From Candidatus Freyarchaeum deiterrae (GTDB lineage Archaea; Asgardarchaeota; Jordiarchaeia; Jordiarchaeales; Jordiarchaeaceae), in the NCBI GenBank assembly GCA_037305845.1, contig CP147778.1, positions 1,376,001 to 1,440,000 on the forward strand: 64,000 nt of DNA, in the 5' to 3' direction. Shown one piece after another: positions 9,369 to 19,732 of this stretch. The number at the start of each line of letters is the position of its first letter. Positions within the stretch are counted from its first letter, which is position 1. The notes beneath the pieces were generated by a model. The model was not told where the DNA came from, did not search any database, and saw only the letters and a list, made by a program, of their open reading frames with translations. Position numbers and translations under genes: made by a program.

Positions 9369-10844
9369 CTAAGTGCCAGCTTGTTTAAGGATGTTCTCTA
9401 TTGGTTGTTCTATGTGCTCCTTTAGAGCTTTTTCCAGTTTCTCTGCGGTTTTCTTTTTCACCTTCTTAATCCCGGGAAGATACGTATTTTTGAAGAGAGA
9501 AAGCGATTTTTCTAAATCAATTCTAATCCAATCTTTCTCTACACGAACCGCTCCGTCTTTACCAAGCTCCATAAAAGGCTCCACTTCGAAAGATCCGTCA
9601 ATAGGGAGGAAATAATAATCATAAACTAACTTGGATAGATCTTTCATAGTAAAACCGGGTTTTTCAGGAGCTATCACCATTTCTAGAACTTGGGAAACCA
9701 TTTCAATGAACAATTTAAGTCTCTCGTAAATATCCTTAACATCCTTTCCAGTATAAGTTACTGCTTCAGACGGAGCTACTTTTACAGCCTCAACCGTTGA
9801 CACCTCAGTAGTAAGTTTCTTAGTAACTGAGACCTCTACTGGTTTAACAATGCTAGGCTTCACAGCAACAGGCTTCTCAACCACAGCGGGCTTCTCAACC
9901 ACAACGGGCTTTACAGTAAAGGTTTCCTCAATAAAAGTAGGCTTCACAGCAACAGGTTTCTCAACCACAGCAGGCTTCACAGCAACAGGTTGTTTAATTT
10001 CCTTGACCTCATGCTCTTCAACAACGGGTTCCTTAATCACCTTGGCAGGTTCGGTTGTGGTTTCTAATGTCGCTATTTCTTCTGTAGGTGTGGTTTCTAG
10101 AGTTAAGGGTTCTTTAGCTTTGATTGTTTCTTCTGTTTTTGCTGGTGTTATGGGAGTTGGTATTGCACTTACAGCTTCTTGTATGAAGTATTCTTCTTCA
10201 AGGGTGCCGAGTAAAAGCCCTTGGCTCAACATGTAGTTTATTCGTTGTCTGGTCTCGTCCTCAGATATACCTAAAACTGAGGAAATTTGAGCTATACTCA
10301 GTTTATCATACTCTTTTATGTAAGTAGCTAAAGCTGTATCAATGGGGTCTAATGCTCTTTTAATTTCCACTTCGGAGGTTGAAACAGTTGGTTCTTCCTT
10401 TTCAATTTCTTCGTATTCGGGTAGCTTAGGTTTAGTCTCAATTCCAGGAGCACCAGCTACGCCAGTGACGCTTTTGATTTTTATTTGAATTTTATCAACA
10501 TTTTGTCTTAATTTGTCAGCTCTATCTTTATCCGTATGCTCAATTTCTTTGAGAAACATATTCATAAGCATCAAGACGCGGGTCATGTTAAGACGGTATT
10601 TGCCGCGTGTGTACAATAGTGCAGCACCGTTTTCTAGCTCTTCTACGAATTCTTTGTCAAGTGTGCTGACATCTATTGGTTGACGATCACGAATGTCCCT
10701 GAAGAACTCTGGCCTGTTAAAACCGCCATCCTTGTAACTATTTACCGCATCGAGAACCAGATTAGTAAGTTTATCACAATTTAACGATAAAAATCTGAAA
10801 CGTTGCCTAGTTCGAGTGAAATGGGGTTCCTCAATGTAAGACAC
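9369..10844 (-). CDS. PCI/winged-helix domain protein with a K-P-V-A-E repeat linker
   Basis: 'YDKLSIAQISSVLGISEDETRQRINYMLSQGLLLGTL' is a PCI-like wHTH; tandem KPVAV/KPAVVE repeats. Confidence 0.55.
   Translation of the reverse strand: MSYIEEPHFTRTRQRFRFLSLNCDKLTNLVLDAVNSYKDGGFNRPEFFRDIRDRQPIDVSTLDKEFVEELENGAALLYTRGKYRLNMTRVLMLMNMFLKEIEHTDKDRADKLRQNVDKIQIKIKSVTGVAGAPGIETKPKLPEYEEIEKEEPTVSTSEVEIKRALDPIDTALATYIKEYDKLSIAQISSVLGISEDETRQRINYMLSQGLLLGTLEEEYFIQEAVSAIPTPITPAKTEETIKAKEPLTLETTPTEEIATLETTTEPAKVIKEPVVEEHEVKEIKQPVAVKPAVVEKPVAVKPTFIEETFTVKPVVVEKPAVVEKPVAVKPSIVKPVEVSVTKKLTTEVSTVEAVKVAPSEAVTYTGKDVKDIYERLKLFIEMVSQVLEMVIAPEKPGFTMKDLSKLVYDYYFLPIDGSFEVEPFMELGKDGAVRVEKDWIRIDLEKSLSLFKNTYLPGIKKVKKKTAEKLEKALKEHIEQPIENILKQAGT
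9850..9990 (-). repeat. Short tandem coding repeats (15/18-bp units; KPVAV, KPAVVE)
   Basis: Repeated ggcttcacagcaaca and ggcttctcaaccacagc units. Confidence 0.75.
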
Positions 10845-11176
10845 GAAAAACCAGCTCCACCAATCACTTCTTTAGTAGAATAATGGCAATCCGATAATAA
10901 TAAAACTTTTCGAACGGTAGACGCCTATAAAAATATTTTGACTCTATATATAATATAAAGTAATCATTCCTTAAAAAGTCAACAGTTCCAGAAAATAAGT
11001 AAGAGAGAGAAATTATTAAAATAGCAGACAATCAAAGGAGTAAAATGTTCAGAATTCCCATAAATCATTAAAAGCAAGTGGAATGGTACATCATAAAAAG
11101 AGGGAAGTAAATCATAGATCCTTACATTGTGAATTATCAATCTACATTATTTCTTAACGAAAAATGAAGATGTATA

Positions 11177-12340
11177 TTATAATATGGTAGGCTCGATTGG
11201 AGTCTTAGCTAAAGGTTCATTGCCGTTTTTGGTTATTAGTACTGGGTACTCCAAACGATAACCTGCAACGCCAGGCTTACTAATAATACAAACAGCGACT
11301 TCAATCATGTTCGGTTCCAATGTCTTCTCACCATAAGGACCATAATTGATAATTGGAAGATACCACTCATCGCCGATTGAACCAAGTCCATGCCCAAATA
11401 TTTGAACCACATTATTTCCGTACCCAGCCTTCTCAAAAGTTTTAAACACCTTGTTGGCAATATCTCTGACCTTCACTCCGGGCTGCATAGAGTCAATCAG
11501 AATGCTCGCAGCTTCAACGTAAACTTCCGCAAGTTTCCTCTGTTCAATAGTGGGATTGCCAACGATAATGTTATGAGTCACTTGTGAAAGGTGAAGTTCG
11601 TACATGCTATGTAAATCTACTACAACATTGTCTCCGTGCTGTATTATGCGCTTGGTTGCAGGAGTTGTAGCACCCATATGGTAAGTGGCTCTATTACCGG
11701 AGCCCACCTCATGTCCTCCTGTCAGAGCCCAGGCCCATTGACTCCCCGCTCTTCTCATAGCTTCTTCAACGATACCTACAAGCTCTGTTTCATTCATGCC
11801 GGGAATAATCGTTCCCCGTGCTACATCCACTCCAACATCCGCGATTGCCGCAGCTTGCCTTAGAAGCTTAATAGCGCCCTTCTCTTTAATTACAATAACT
11901 TCATCAAGGGTTTGAACTGCATTTTTGAACACCGCATCCGGGAGACCGTTTTTTAGTTCTTCATATTCAGAGGCGAACAGGTATCCCTCATTAACCCTAA
12001 TTGTGTATCCTAGATTAACTCCTATATTTGATTTAGCGAGATTATGCTCCTTAAGATAAGCAATCACTTGATTCGTCCAGGAAAGGCCGGGGATAGGGGT
12101 GTAAGTTGAAACGTTTTCTATCCAGCTGTCATCCTTAATTCTCTCAGCATCACTCAACACGGTATAAAGTTGAATTTCACCATCCAGAGGCACAACCATA
12201 ACACTTCTCCAAGGCAGAAAGGCGCCAGAAATATAGGTTAACTCCTTATTTCTCGTTAATACTAAAACGTCAAATCCACTACCTTCCATTGCAGCCCTAA
12301 CGTTTTCAACTCTCTTCCAATAATTTATGGGAACATTCAT
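11177..12340 (-). CDS. M24 (Xaa-Pro aminopeptidase/creatinase) family protein
   Basis: Creatinase_N-like N-terminus; pita-bread motifs FGHGLG and GYRLEYPVLIT. Confidence 0.8.
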   Translation of the reverse strand: MNVPINYWKRVENVRAAMEGSGFDVLVLTRNKELTYISGAFLPWRSVMVVPLDGEIQLYTVLSDAERIKDDSWIENVSTYTPIPGLSWTNQVIAYLKEHNLAKSNIGVNLGYTIRVNEGYLFASEYEELKNGLPDAVFKNAVQTLDEVIVIKEKGAIKLLRQAAAIADVGVDVARGTIIPGMNETELVGIVEEAMRRAGSQWAWALTGGHEVGSGNRATYHMGATTPATKRIIQHGDNVVVDLHSMYELHLSQVTHNIIVGNPTIEQRKLAEVYVEAASILIDSMQPGVKVRDIANKVFKTFEKAGYGNNVVQIFGHGLGSIGDEWYLPIINYGPYGEKTLEPNMIEVAVCIISKPGVAGYRLEYPVLITKNGNEPLAKTPIEPTIL

Positions 12341-12545
12341 AAAAACACCTCAAAATAATACCATTAATCTTATCAACTGTCGCTTTTAAAAATCTAATCT
12401 CAAGAGCATTAGAATAACGAAAAATGATTCCGTCACAAGTCAGAAAAAGCTTCTATAACTGTTTTCAATTTATGTGACTAATTAAATTAATATAATTTGG
12501 TTCCAATATTATATATTAACGAATAGAAACAGGAGAATTATCCTC

Positions 12546-13151
12546 TTGGCGAAAATCTACTTGGTTAAGGAAGGCGGTTATGAGCAGATAGCGCAATCTG
12601 TCTTTTCAACCGGAGACACTTACATTGTGGACGCAGGAACCAAAATTTGGATATGGCTTGGTGAAAAAACCACAGTTGACGAAAAATTCGCCGGTGCCTT
12701 CATAAGTGAATTGCTAGATAAGGAACGGCGAAACGAACCCAAAGTTGAAACCGTCGAACAGGGCAGCGAGCCTATGGAATTCAAAAAAACCGTAGGCGCT
12801 ATGCGTATAGTTGACCAAGACCTTGCTAAATCTATACTCAAAAAAACAGCGAAAAAAACACACCCAGTAGTCATGTACAAAATATCCAGTGAAAAATACG
12901 AAACACTTGAGGATGTCCAATTCACTCAAGTCCCTCTGTCCAAAGATGCTCTGAGCTCTGATGAAGTATTCGTAATAGACACCTATGACGCAATTTACGT
13001 TTGGCAGGGTAAAAACTGCAGCATTCAGGAAAAAGTAGTGGGCGGTCGACTAGGAAGACAATTGGACGCAGAAAGGGTAGGTGTTCAAAAGGAAATCTTT
13101 GTCGAAGAGGGAGATGAGCCGGACAAGCTAAAGAAGATTTTAGGTCTCTAA
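12546..13151 (+). CDS. Two-domain gelsolin/villin-like actin regulator (Asgard 2DGel type)
   Basis: Two gelsolin repeats: 'FSTGDTYIVDAGTKIWIWLG...EQGSEPMEF' and 'LSSDEVFVIDTYDAIYVWQG...EEGDEPDKL'. Confidence 0.85.
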   Translation: MAKIYLVKEGGYEQIAQSVFSTGDTYIVDAGTKIWIWLGEKTTVDEKFAGAFISELLDKERRNEPKVETVEQGSEPMEFKKTVGAMRIVDQDLAKSILKKTAKKTHPVVMYKISSEKYETLEDVQFTQVPLSKDALSSDEVFVIDTYDAIYVWQGKNCSIQEKVVGGRLGRQLDAERVGVQKEIFVEEGDEPDKLKKILGL

Positions 13152-13319
13152 TACTAGTTCTCTTTTTTATAATTCTCTACTTTTCTTTCCTTTTTTAAGA
13201 TACGAGGTGAAACATTTTTATGATAAAACGACTCTCGTTTTGAGGCTAATCTTATTTAGAGATTTGAATCATATCTTATATTGTTTTGTTCCAAGTAAGT
13301 TTGAGAGAGGCGTTTACAA

Positions 13320-14855
13320 ATGCAGGTATTAGTTGCCATAGATGTTGGTACTATTGGTTGCCGTACCATAATTTTTGATGAAAATGGAATAGAAATAGCA
13401 AGAGATTATCAAGAGTACCCGAGTACATATCCTCGCCCAGCTTGGGTTGAGCAAAACGCTATGGATTGGTGGAGAGCAGTCTGCAATACGTCACAGAGAG
13501 CAGTTGAAAAAGCAGGTATTAGCTCAGGGGATATCGTAGGTATAAGCGTTACTAACCAACGTGAGACAACGGTTCCCGTGGATGATGAAGGAAACCCCTT
13601 GAGGAACGCTATTATTTGGCAGGATCGTAGGACAGTTAAACAATGTGAAGAGATAAGACAGAGTGTAGGTGTTAGTGAGGTTTATCAAACCACGGGTCTA
13701 ACAGTTGACCCCTATTTTTCGGCTCCTAAGATTTTGTGGATAAAGGAAAACGAACCAAAAATTTTTGATTCCACTTACAAATTCATGCTGGTCCACGATT
13801 TCATAGAAATGAAATTGTCAGATATGTTCATAACAGACTGGTCAAATGCATCCAGAACACTCCTTTTTGATGTCGAAAAGTTCTGCTGGTCAGAGAAAAT
13901 CTGCAACGCCTTGGAAATTCCACCAGAAAAATTGAATGAAACCTACGCTTCCGGTGTGAAAATTGGAGAGGTAACTGCCAAAGCAGCCAAAGAAACTGGT
14001 TTTGCCGAGGGAACACCGATAGTCGCAGGAGGGGGGGATCAGCAGTGCGGTGCATTAGGGGTAGGTGTAATAAAGCCTGGCAGAATAAAAGCGACCATGG
14101 GTACCGGAACCTTTCTACTGGCATACGCGGATAAGCCTAAACACGATCCTAAGAAGCGAATACTCTTTAGCTGTCATGCAGATCCAGGAAAATGGGTTGT
14201 TGAAGCTAGCATGTTCACAACCGGAAGTGTCTACAGATGGTTTAGAGACCAGTTGGGGCACCTGGAAAAAAATATGGCGCAGATTCTGGGAAAAGACCCC
14301 TACGATATTCTGTGTGAAGAAGCAGCACAAGCACCTCCAGGCTCCGGAGGAGTACTTTTGATACCCCACTTCGTGGGCGCGGGAGCCCCCTACTGGGATC
14401 CAGATGCGAGAGGCGTTATAGTAGGCTTAGCCCTAGGTCACACACGGGCGCATCTTATTAGAGCCATATTGGAGGGAGCTTGCTTCGAAATTCGTAAGAA
14501 TATCGAGATAATGAGGGAATTGGGTCTTGAATTCGATGAGGTTCGAATTACCGGAGGCGCGACCCGCAGTCCACTATGGAATCAGATTCAAACGGATATT
14601 TACGATATTCCAGTAGCTAGGGGAAAGGTTGAGGAGGCTACTGCATTAGGTGCGGCTATTTTAGCAGGTGTTGGCGTTGGAATCTACAGGAGTGTTTCAG
14701 AAGCCTCGGAGAGCATGGTGCAGATAGGTGAGAGAAGAAAGCCGGACGAAAAAAATAGAGAAGTTTACGACAAACTGTATAAGGTTCACAACGATGTTTA
14801 CATGGCGTTAAAGGATAGGGGTGTTTACGCGAGCCTTTCAGAATTTTCCGAGTAG
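13320..14855 (+). CDS. glpK: FGGY carbohydrate kinase, glycerol kinase-like
   Basis: Motifs IDVGT, TNQRETT, IIWQDRRT, DPYFS, NASRT, GDQQ and GAPYW; first gene of the glpABC operon. Confidence 0.7.
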   Translation: MQVLVAIDVGTIGCRTIIFDENGIEIARDYQEYPSTYPRPAWVEQNAMDWWRAVCNTSQRAVEKAGISSGDIVGISVTNQRETTVPVDDEGNPLRNAIIWQDRRTVKQCEEIRQSVGVSEVYQTTGLTVDPYFSAPKILWIKENEPKIFDSTYKFMLVHDFIEMKLSDMFITDWSNASRTLLFDVEKFCWSEKICNALEIPPEKLNETYASGVKIGEVTAKAAKETGFAEGTPIVAGGGDQQCGALGVGVIKPGRIKATMGTGTFLLAYADKPKHDPKKRILFSCHADPGKWVVEASMFTTGSVYRWFRDQLGHLEKNMAQILGKDPYDILCEEAAQAPPGSGGVLLIPHFVGAGAPYWDPDARGVIVGLALGHTRAHLIRAILEGACFEIRKNIEIMRELGLEFDEVRITGGATRSPLWNQIQTDIYDIPVARGKVEEATALGAAILAGVGVGIYRSVSEASESMVQIGERRKPDEKNREVYDKLYKVHNDVYMALKDRGVYASLSEFSE

Positions 14856-14863
14856 GGATTATT

Positions 14864-16441
14864 ATGTCGAAATTCGACGTAATTATAATAGGTGGCGGTG
14901 CAGTAGGAAGCGGTGTTCTGAGAGACCTATCGCTCAGAGGAGTTCACACCCTACTTGTGGATAGAGGAGACCTTGCCTCAGAGGCTTCGGGTAGAAACCA
15001 TGGGCTTCTACATAGTGGAGCGCGGTATGTTGTTAGCGACCCTGAATCGGCGTTGGAATGCGCTGAGGAAAATATTATTCTTAAAAAAATAGCCAAGCAC
15101 ACCATAGAAGACACGGGGGGGCTCTTTGTAGCAGCTGAGGAAAAGAATCTCGAATACTTGGATCCCTTCCTTAAGGGTTGTACTAAATGCAAGGTTGAGA
15201 ATAAGGAGATAACAGTTGAAGAAGCTCTGAAAAGGGAATCCTTTCTGAATGCGAATATTAAGGCCGCGGTTTGGGTTAACGATGCAGTTGTAGATCCTTT
15301 TCTACTCGTCGTTTCTAACGTGTTATCGGCTCTAAGGAACGGAGCGGAGGCATTAACTTACACCAATGTTAGACCGATAGTAGAGGATGGTACGGTTTCA
15401 GGTGTCGAAACGTTCAGAAACGGAAAGGGTGAAAAATACCTCTCTGAAATCGTAGTTAATGCTACTGGGGCTTGGGCGGGTAAAGTTGCTGAGCAGGCAG
15501 GAGTAAAATTGGAGATAAGACCTAACAAGGGCACTCTGGTAGTTCTCAATAACCGAGTAACAAATCATGTGATTAATTATCTGCGCCCACCATCTGATGG
15601 GGATATAATCGTCCCTCACTATTCAACCATGATTTTGGGAACCACCTCAACCTACGTGGAAAACCCGGATAACATTCTCCCAGAGAAAGACGAGATCAAA
15701 AAAATCGTGAAGGAGTGTGAAAAGATGCTCCCTATTGTTGCAGACTCCCGAATTATAAGAGCCTTCTCTGGCGTTCGCCCTCTTTTCGGCAAAGGTTCAG
15801 GTCGAGCGGTCACTCGAGGAATGTTGCTAGTCGACCATGAGGTTGACGGTGTAGAGGGATTTGTAACCATCACAGGTGGTAAACTCACCACATATAGACT
15901 TATGGCTGAAAAGGCAGCAGATCTTGTTTGTGAAAAGCTGGGAGTTAGAGCCAAGTGCAGAACAGCAGAAGAACCGCTCCCGGGAAGCGATGGAACACCT
16001 CCATCGGCGGATGAAATCCAAAATAGTTTTCAGGTTAACACCCTAACCTCAAATGAAATCGTAAATAAATATGGAACAATTTCCTCGGAAATGCCTCGGA
16101 AACCCGGGTTAATATGCGAGTGCAGCCTCGTTTCACGAGCTGAGATAATCCATAGTTTTCAAGAGCTTTTAGCCAAAAACTTGATAGACGTTAAAAAACG
16201 CACCAGACTGGGTATGGGAACCTGCCAAGGCCAATTCTGTATACACAGAGCTGCAGAGGTTATGGTTGAGGATCTCAATTTCTCGGCGAAAGAGGCTTTG
16301 GATTCGCTAGCCAATTTTTTGGACGAGCAGTGGAAGATAGCTCACATACTCGAGGGAGATCAACTCCGACAACTCATGTTTGCCAAAGTCATGTTTGAGA
16401 TGGTGGGAAACATAAGACGGAGGAATGAAAAGAGTGATTGA
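14864..16441 (+). CDS. glpA: Anaerobic glycerol-3-phosphate dehydrogenase subunit A
   Basis: GGGAVG FAD motif, GRNHGLLHSGARY, GGKLTTYRLMAE, and C-terminal CEC...RLGMGTCQGQFC. Confidence 0.9.
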   Translation: MSKFDVIIIGGGAVGSGVLRDLSLRGVHTLLVDRGDLASEASGRNHGLLHSGARYVVSDPESALECAEENIILKKIAKHTIEDTGGLFVAAEEKNLEYLDPFLKGCTKCKVENKEITVEEALKRESFLNANIKAAVWVNDAVVDPFLLVVSNVLSALRNGAEALTYTNVRPIVEDGTVSGVETFRNGKGEKYLSEIVVNATGAWAGKVAEQAGVKLEIRPNKGTLVVLNNRVTNHVINYLRPPSDGDIIVPHYSTMILGTTSTYVENPDNILPEKDEIKKIVKECEKMLPIVADSRIIRAFSGVRPLFGKGSGRAVTRGMLLVDHEVDGVEGFVTITGGKLTTYRLMAEKAADLVCEKLGVRAKCRTAEEPLPGSDGTPPSADEIQNSFQVNTLTSNEIVNKYGTISSEMPRKPGLICECSLVSRAEIIHSFQELLAKNLIDVKKRTRLGMGTCQGQFCIHRAAEVMVEDLNFSAKEALDSLANFLDEQWKIAHILEGDQLRQLMFAKVMFEMVGNIRRRNEKSD

Positions 16442-17594
16442 TGTTGACGTGCTTATAATAGGTTGCGGCATGGCAGGTCTGGTGGCTGCCCGAAAAATCA
16501 GCGAATCTAACCTTTCAACTATGATAGTTTCAACCGGTTTAGGCAGCACTGTGCTCTCATCAGGCACCATAGACTTGATTGGATATTTTGACGGCGGCGA
16601 AGTCAGAAAACCCATAGAAACTCTGGACGAGTTTATTAGCCAGAATCCGAGTCATCCCTATGCAGTTGTCGGTAGAGAAAGAGTTTTGAAAGCGTTTCAA
16701 GAGTTTAATGAAAAGTATGATTCGTTCATCAGATACGAAGGCAACTTGGAAAAAAACATGACCCTTCTAACCCCACTTGGGCTCTTTAAACCCACTCTTT
16801 TAGCCCAGTCTAGCATGATAGCAGGAAAGAGAGAGAACTTAGAAGGTTCTAAAGTTCTTGTAGTTGGTTTCCGTAACTTACTGAATCACACCCCGGCTTT
16901 AATTGCTAAATCACTCAAAGAGAATTGGGGAATAGATGCGGATTACATAAAACTGGATAGAAGTGAAACCCAGCCAGTCCAACTAGCATTATTACTGGAG
17001 ACCAATAGAGAAGATATAATCAAAAATCTGAATGAATACAATTTGGGAAATTATGATTACTTAGCATTCCCCCCTGTTCTAGGGATAAGGCAAACAGGGG
17101 AGATTCTATCCGAATTCGAGGACAGTTTAGGCGCTAAGGTTTTTGAAACCATGTCCTTTCCGCCTTCTGTTCCCGGTCTAAGACTACAACAGTTGTTGGA
17201 ACACCCCTGCATACAGAACGGTGTAGAAATCAGACTTGGATGGCGAGCGATAGAAATAAAGACGATAAAGCAGGGCTGCCAAACCCAAGTTGCCGAGGAT
17301 GATAACAGACAAGAAATCTCCTCCAAAGCAGTTATAGTAGCTACCGGACAAATAATGAGAGACGAAATCAACATAACAAGTGAAAAAAACTTCCAAGGTT
17401 CCATCAACCCACAAATATTAGAGTATCTGAACACTGACAAGGAAATGCGACTTATCTATGAAGGAAAAAGTTTTGAACACGTTTTTGTTGCCGGCTCAGC
17501 CCTATCAGAAAAAAACATGACCGGACTGGGAACACCCCTATCTACAGGATACGCGTCCGCCACCGAAGTAATAAACTATCTAAGGAGGAATTGA
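16425..17594 (+). CDS. glpB: Anaerobic glycerol-3-phosphate dehydrogenase subunit B
   Basis: GCGMAG, SSGTIDL, TPLG...PT and PPSVPGLRL motifs; operon position. Confidence 0.85.
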   Translation: MKRVIDVDVLIIGCGMAGLVAARKISESNLSTMIVSTGLGSTVLSSGTIDLIGYFDGGEVRKPIETLDEFISQNPSHPYAVVGRERVLKAFQEFNEKYDSFIRYEGNLEKNMTLLTPLGLFKPTLLAQSSMIAGKRENLEGSKVLVVGFRNLLNHTPALIAKSLKENWGIDADYIKLDRSETQPVQLALLLETNREDIIKNLNEYNLGNYDYLAFPPVLGIRQTGEILSEFEDSLGAKVFETMSFPPSVPGLRLQQLLEHPCIQNGVEIRLGWRAIEIKTIKQGCQTQVAEDDNRQEISSKAVIVATGQIMRDEINITSEKNFQGSINPQILEYLNTDKEMRLIYEGKSFEHVFVAGSALSEKNMTGLGTPLSTGYASATEVINYLRRN

Positions 17595-17595
17595 A

Positions 17596-18720
17596 ATGTC
17601 GGAAAAAACAGACCTTCTTAAAAAAACGGACAAATGCATACGATGCGGAACCTGTATTGCGTACTGTCCAGTTGCGCGAGCTGGAACATCGGTGAACCCA
17701 AGGTACTTAGCTTCCGAGGGTTTCAGAACCTCGAAAAGAGAGAAACAAACTTCTAAAGATTCCTTTAACTGCACCCTTTGTATGGCATGTGTTAATGTAT
17801 GCCCGAGAGGAGTGCCAGTTCCTCTAGTTGTGGAGTATCTCAGAGGACAAGCTGGAGAAAAAGAGCTCCCTAGCAATATAAAACAGATGGTAGAGAATAT
17901 TGAGAAGTCCGGGAATATTCATGGCGCGGCTAAGGAAGATTGGTTGATGTGGACCTATGAACTTGACGAGCCCGTGGAGGACCGCATAAAGGTTCCCGCA
18001 GAGGTGGGCTATTTTGTTGGCTGCAACTCTGCATACAGCCCCTCCACAGCAAGGATTCCTGTGGCGACCGTGAAGCTGTTTCGTATGGCAAACGTGGATT
18101 TCACCATTCTGGGTCCAGATGAAACCTGCTGCGCAGCACCCCTACTCATGGCAGGGAGACTGAGAGAGGCTAAAAAACTCATCGAGGATAATGTAAAAGC
18201 TTTCAAGGATCTCAAAATAAAGACACTGGTAACCTCATGCCCTGCTTGTTTCAGGATGTGGAGAGACGTTTACCCCAAAATCACTGAAATCCCCTTCAAG
18301 GTGGAGCATATAACCCAGTACATCTCCGGACTCATAGAGGAAGGGAAACTGAAACCAGAATCCGTTGGTGACCTTCGGGTAGTTTACCACGACCCTTGCG
18401 AGTTGGCTAGAGGCTGTGGAGTGATAGAAGAGCCCCGTAAAGCGCTCAAAAAGATTCCGGGACTGAAACTGGAGGAATACAAGCAGTGTAAAGATGAGGC
18501 GATATGTTGCGGAGGAGGTGGCCTACTGCGAGCTTACAATTTGGAGACTGCTGAGGAAGCCGCGAAAAACAAAATAAGAGAAGCGGAGGAGCTGGGCGTT
18601 GATGCTATTGTCACATCATGTCCAGCCTGCCTGCAAAACCTAATAAAATCCAAGAGCAAAATTAAGATAATAGATATAGCCGAATTATTCCAAGGGCGGA
18701 ATTCTGAAACCAAAAGCTAG
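17596..18720 (+). CDS. glpC: GlpC/HdrD-like Fe-S oxidoreductase
   Basis: Two CxxCxxCxxxCP motifs and two CCG domains. Confidence 0.75.
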   Translation: MSEKTDLLKKTDKCIRCGTCIAYCPVARAGTSVNPRYLASEGFRTSKREKQTSKDSFNCTLCMACVNVCPRGVPVPLVVEYLRGQAGEKELPSNIKQMVENIEKSGNIHGAAKEDWLMWTYELDEPVEDRIKVPAEVGYFVGCNSAYSPSTARIPVATVKLFRMANVDFTILGPDETCCAAPLLMAGRLREAKKLIEDNVKAFKDLKIKTLVTSCPACFRMWRDVYPKITEIPFKVEHITQYISGLIEEGKLKPESVGDLRVVYHDPCELARGCGVIEEPRKALKKIPGLKLEEYKQCKDEAICCGGGGLLRAYNLETAEEAAKNKIREAEELGVDAIVTSCPACLQNLIKSKSKIKIIDIAELFQGRNSETKS

Positions 18721-19136
18721 TGGGAATCAGACGGAGAGATTAAGTCTAATTTTCTAAGGCCCACTGCCAATTTTGATGTCTGAGATATTAAACCGGCAAT
18801 CATTATTGCATCAAATATCTCATCTTGAGACACCCCAAGATTTATAGCCGCTCTTATGTGAAAATCTATGCAATATTCACATCCAATAGCTGTTGCTGCA
18901 GCAATGGCTAAAAGTTCAGCGGTCTCCTGGGAAACTGCTTTGGGCTGCTTTGTGATAAACAGTGTTTGCATCGCATTAAAGATGAATGCTTCCGGTCTCC
19001 TTTTACTCATAGATTTCGATATGTAGGAGATATCACCATACTCCTCTTTCATACTTTTCAATATCTCATCAACAAGTTTCTTTGGGTCGTCACCCAAAAA
19101 TTTTCTTATACGGTCACCTAGCGACATCCATATCAC
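18717..19136 (-). CDS. Carboxymuconolactone decarboxylase/AhpD family protein
   Basis: 'ELLAIAAATAIGCEYCIDFH' is the AhpD core. Confidence 0.85.
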   Translation of the reverse strand: MIWMSLGDRIRKFLGDDPKKLVDEILKSMKEEYGDISYISKSMSKRRPEAFIFNAMQTLFITKQPKAVSQETAELLAIAAATAIGCEYCIDFHIRAAINLGVSQDEIFDAIMIAGLISQTSKLAVGLRKLDLISPSDSH

Positions 19137-19213
19137 CGCTATGAGATTGATGCGGTATTGTATATTACTTTTTTCTAACTTGTCGCTAGGATCTGAAGTT
19201 TCAACTCTTAAAA

Positions 19214-19732
19214 TTAGTCTTCAAGCGTGAATACGAAATCGCAGTATTCGTCTCCCATTCCCATCTTTTTGGGTTTTTCCACCTTGATTTTGGGATTTAT
19301 CCCTTCGCTCCAGGTGTGGTAAACAATTTCGCAAACCGGGTCACATATTTTGGGCGCAAATTTTTCTCTACTCGACCTTCTGAGTCCCTCAAGCCAAGGA
19401 CAACTCAACACACGCAAGACGCTCTTTTTTGGACCGTATTCCATGACTTCAAATTTCCATTTTTCCATAGTCCAACGTAAGACAATGGTATCAGCCACTG
19501 TTCGCGCGTCTTCTCCCTCAATGTCGAACATCTTTTTCACTCTTTTAGCTAAAATCTTCGCGAACCTCCTCCAAACCTCGCCATCTAAGTACAGAGCAGT
19601 ATCAAAATCGTACTCATCCTCACAGACTATAAACCAAACTCCATCAACACCGGTATAGGCTCCGTGAAGAAATTCAATCTGCTTTTCCGGAGTCAATTTC
19701 TTTAAGACATCCATCTTAACCATCGCAGTCAA
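19214..19732 (-). CDS. DUF6125/ATC-hydrolase-like small Cys-containing protein
   Basis: Pattern 'DGVWF', 'CPW', 'ICD..C', 'CDFVF'. Confidence 0.55.
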   Translation of the reverse strand: MTAMVKMDVLKKLTPEKQIEFLHGAYTGVDGVWFIVCEDEYDFDTALYLDGEVWRRFAKILAKRVKKMFDIEGEDARTVADTIVLRWTMEKWKFEVMEYGPKKSVLRVLSCPWLEGLRRSSREKFAPKICDPVCEIVYHTWSEGINPKIKVEKPKKMGMGDEYCDFVFTLED

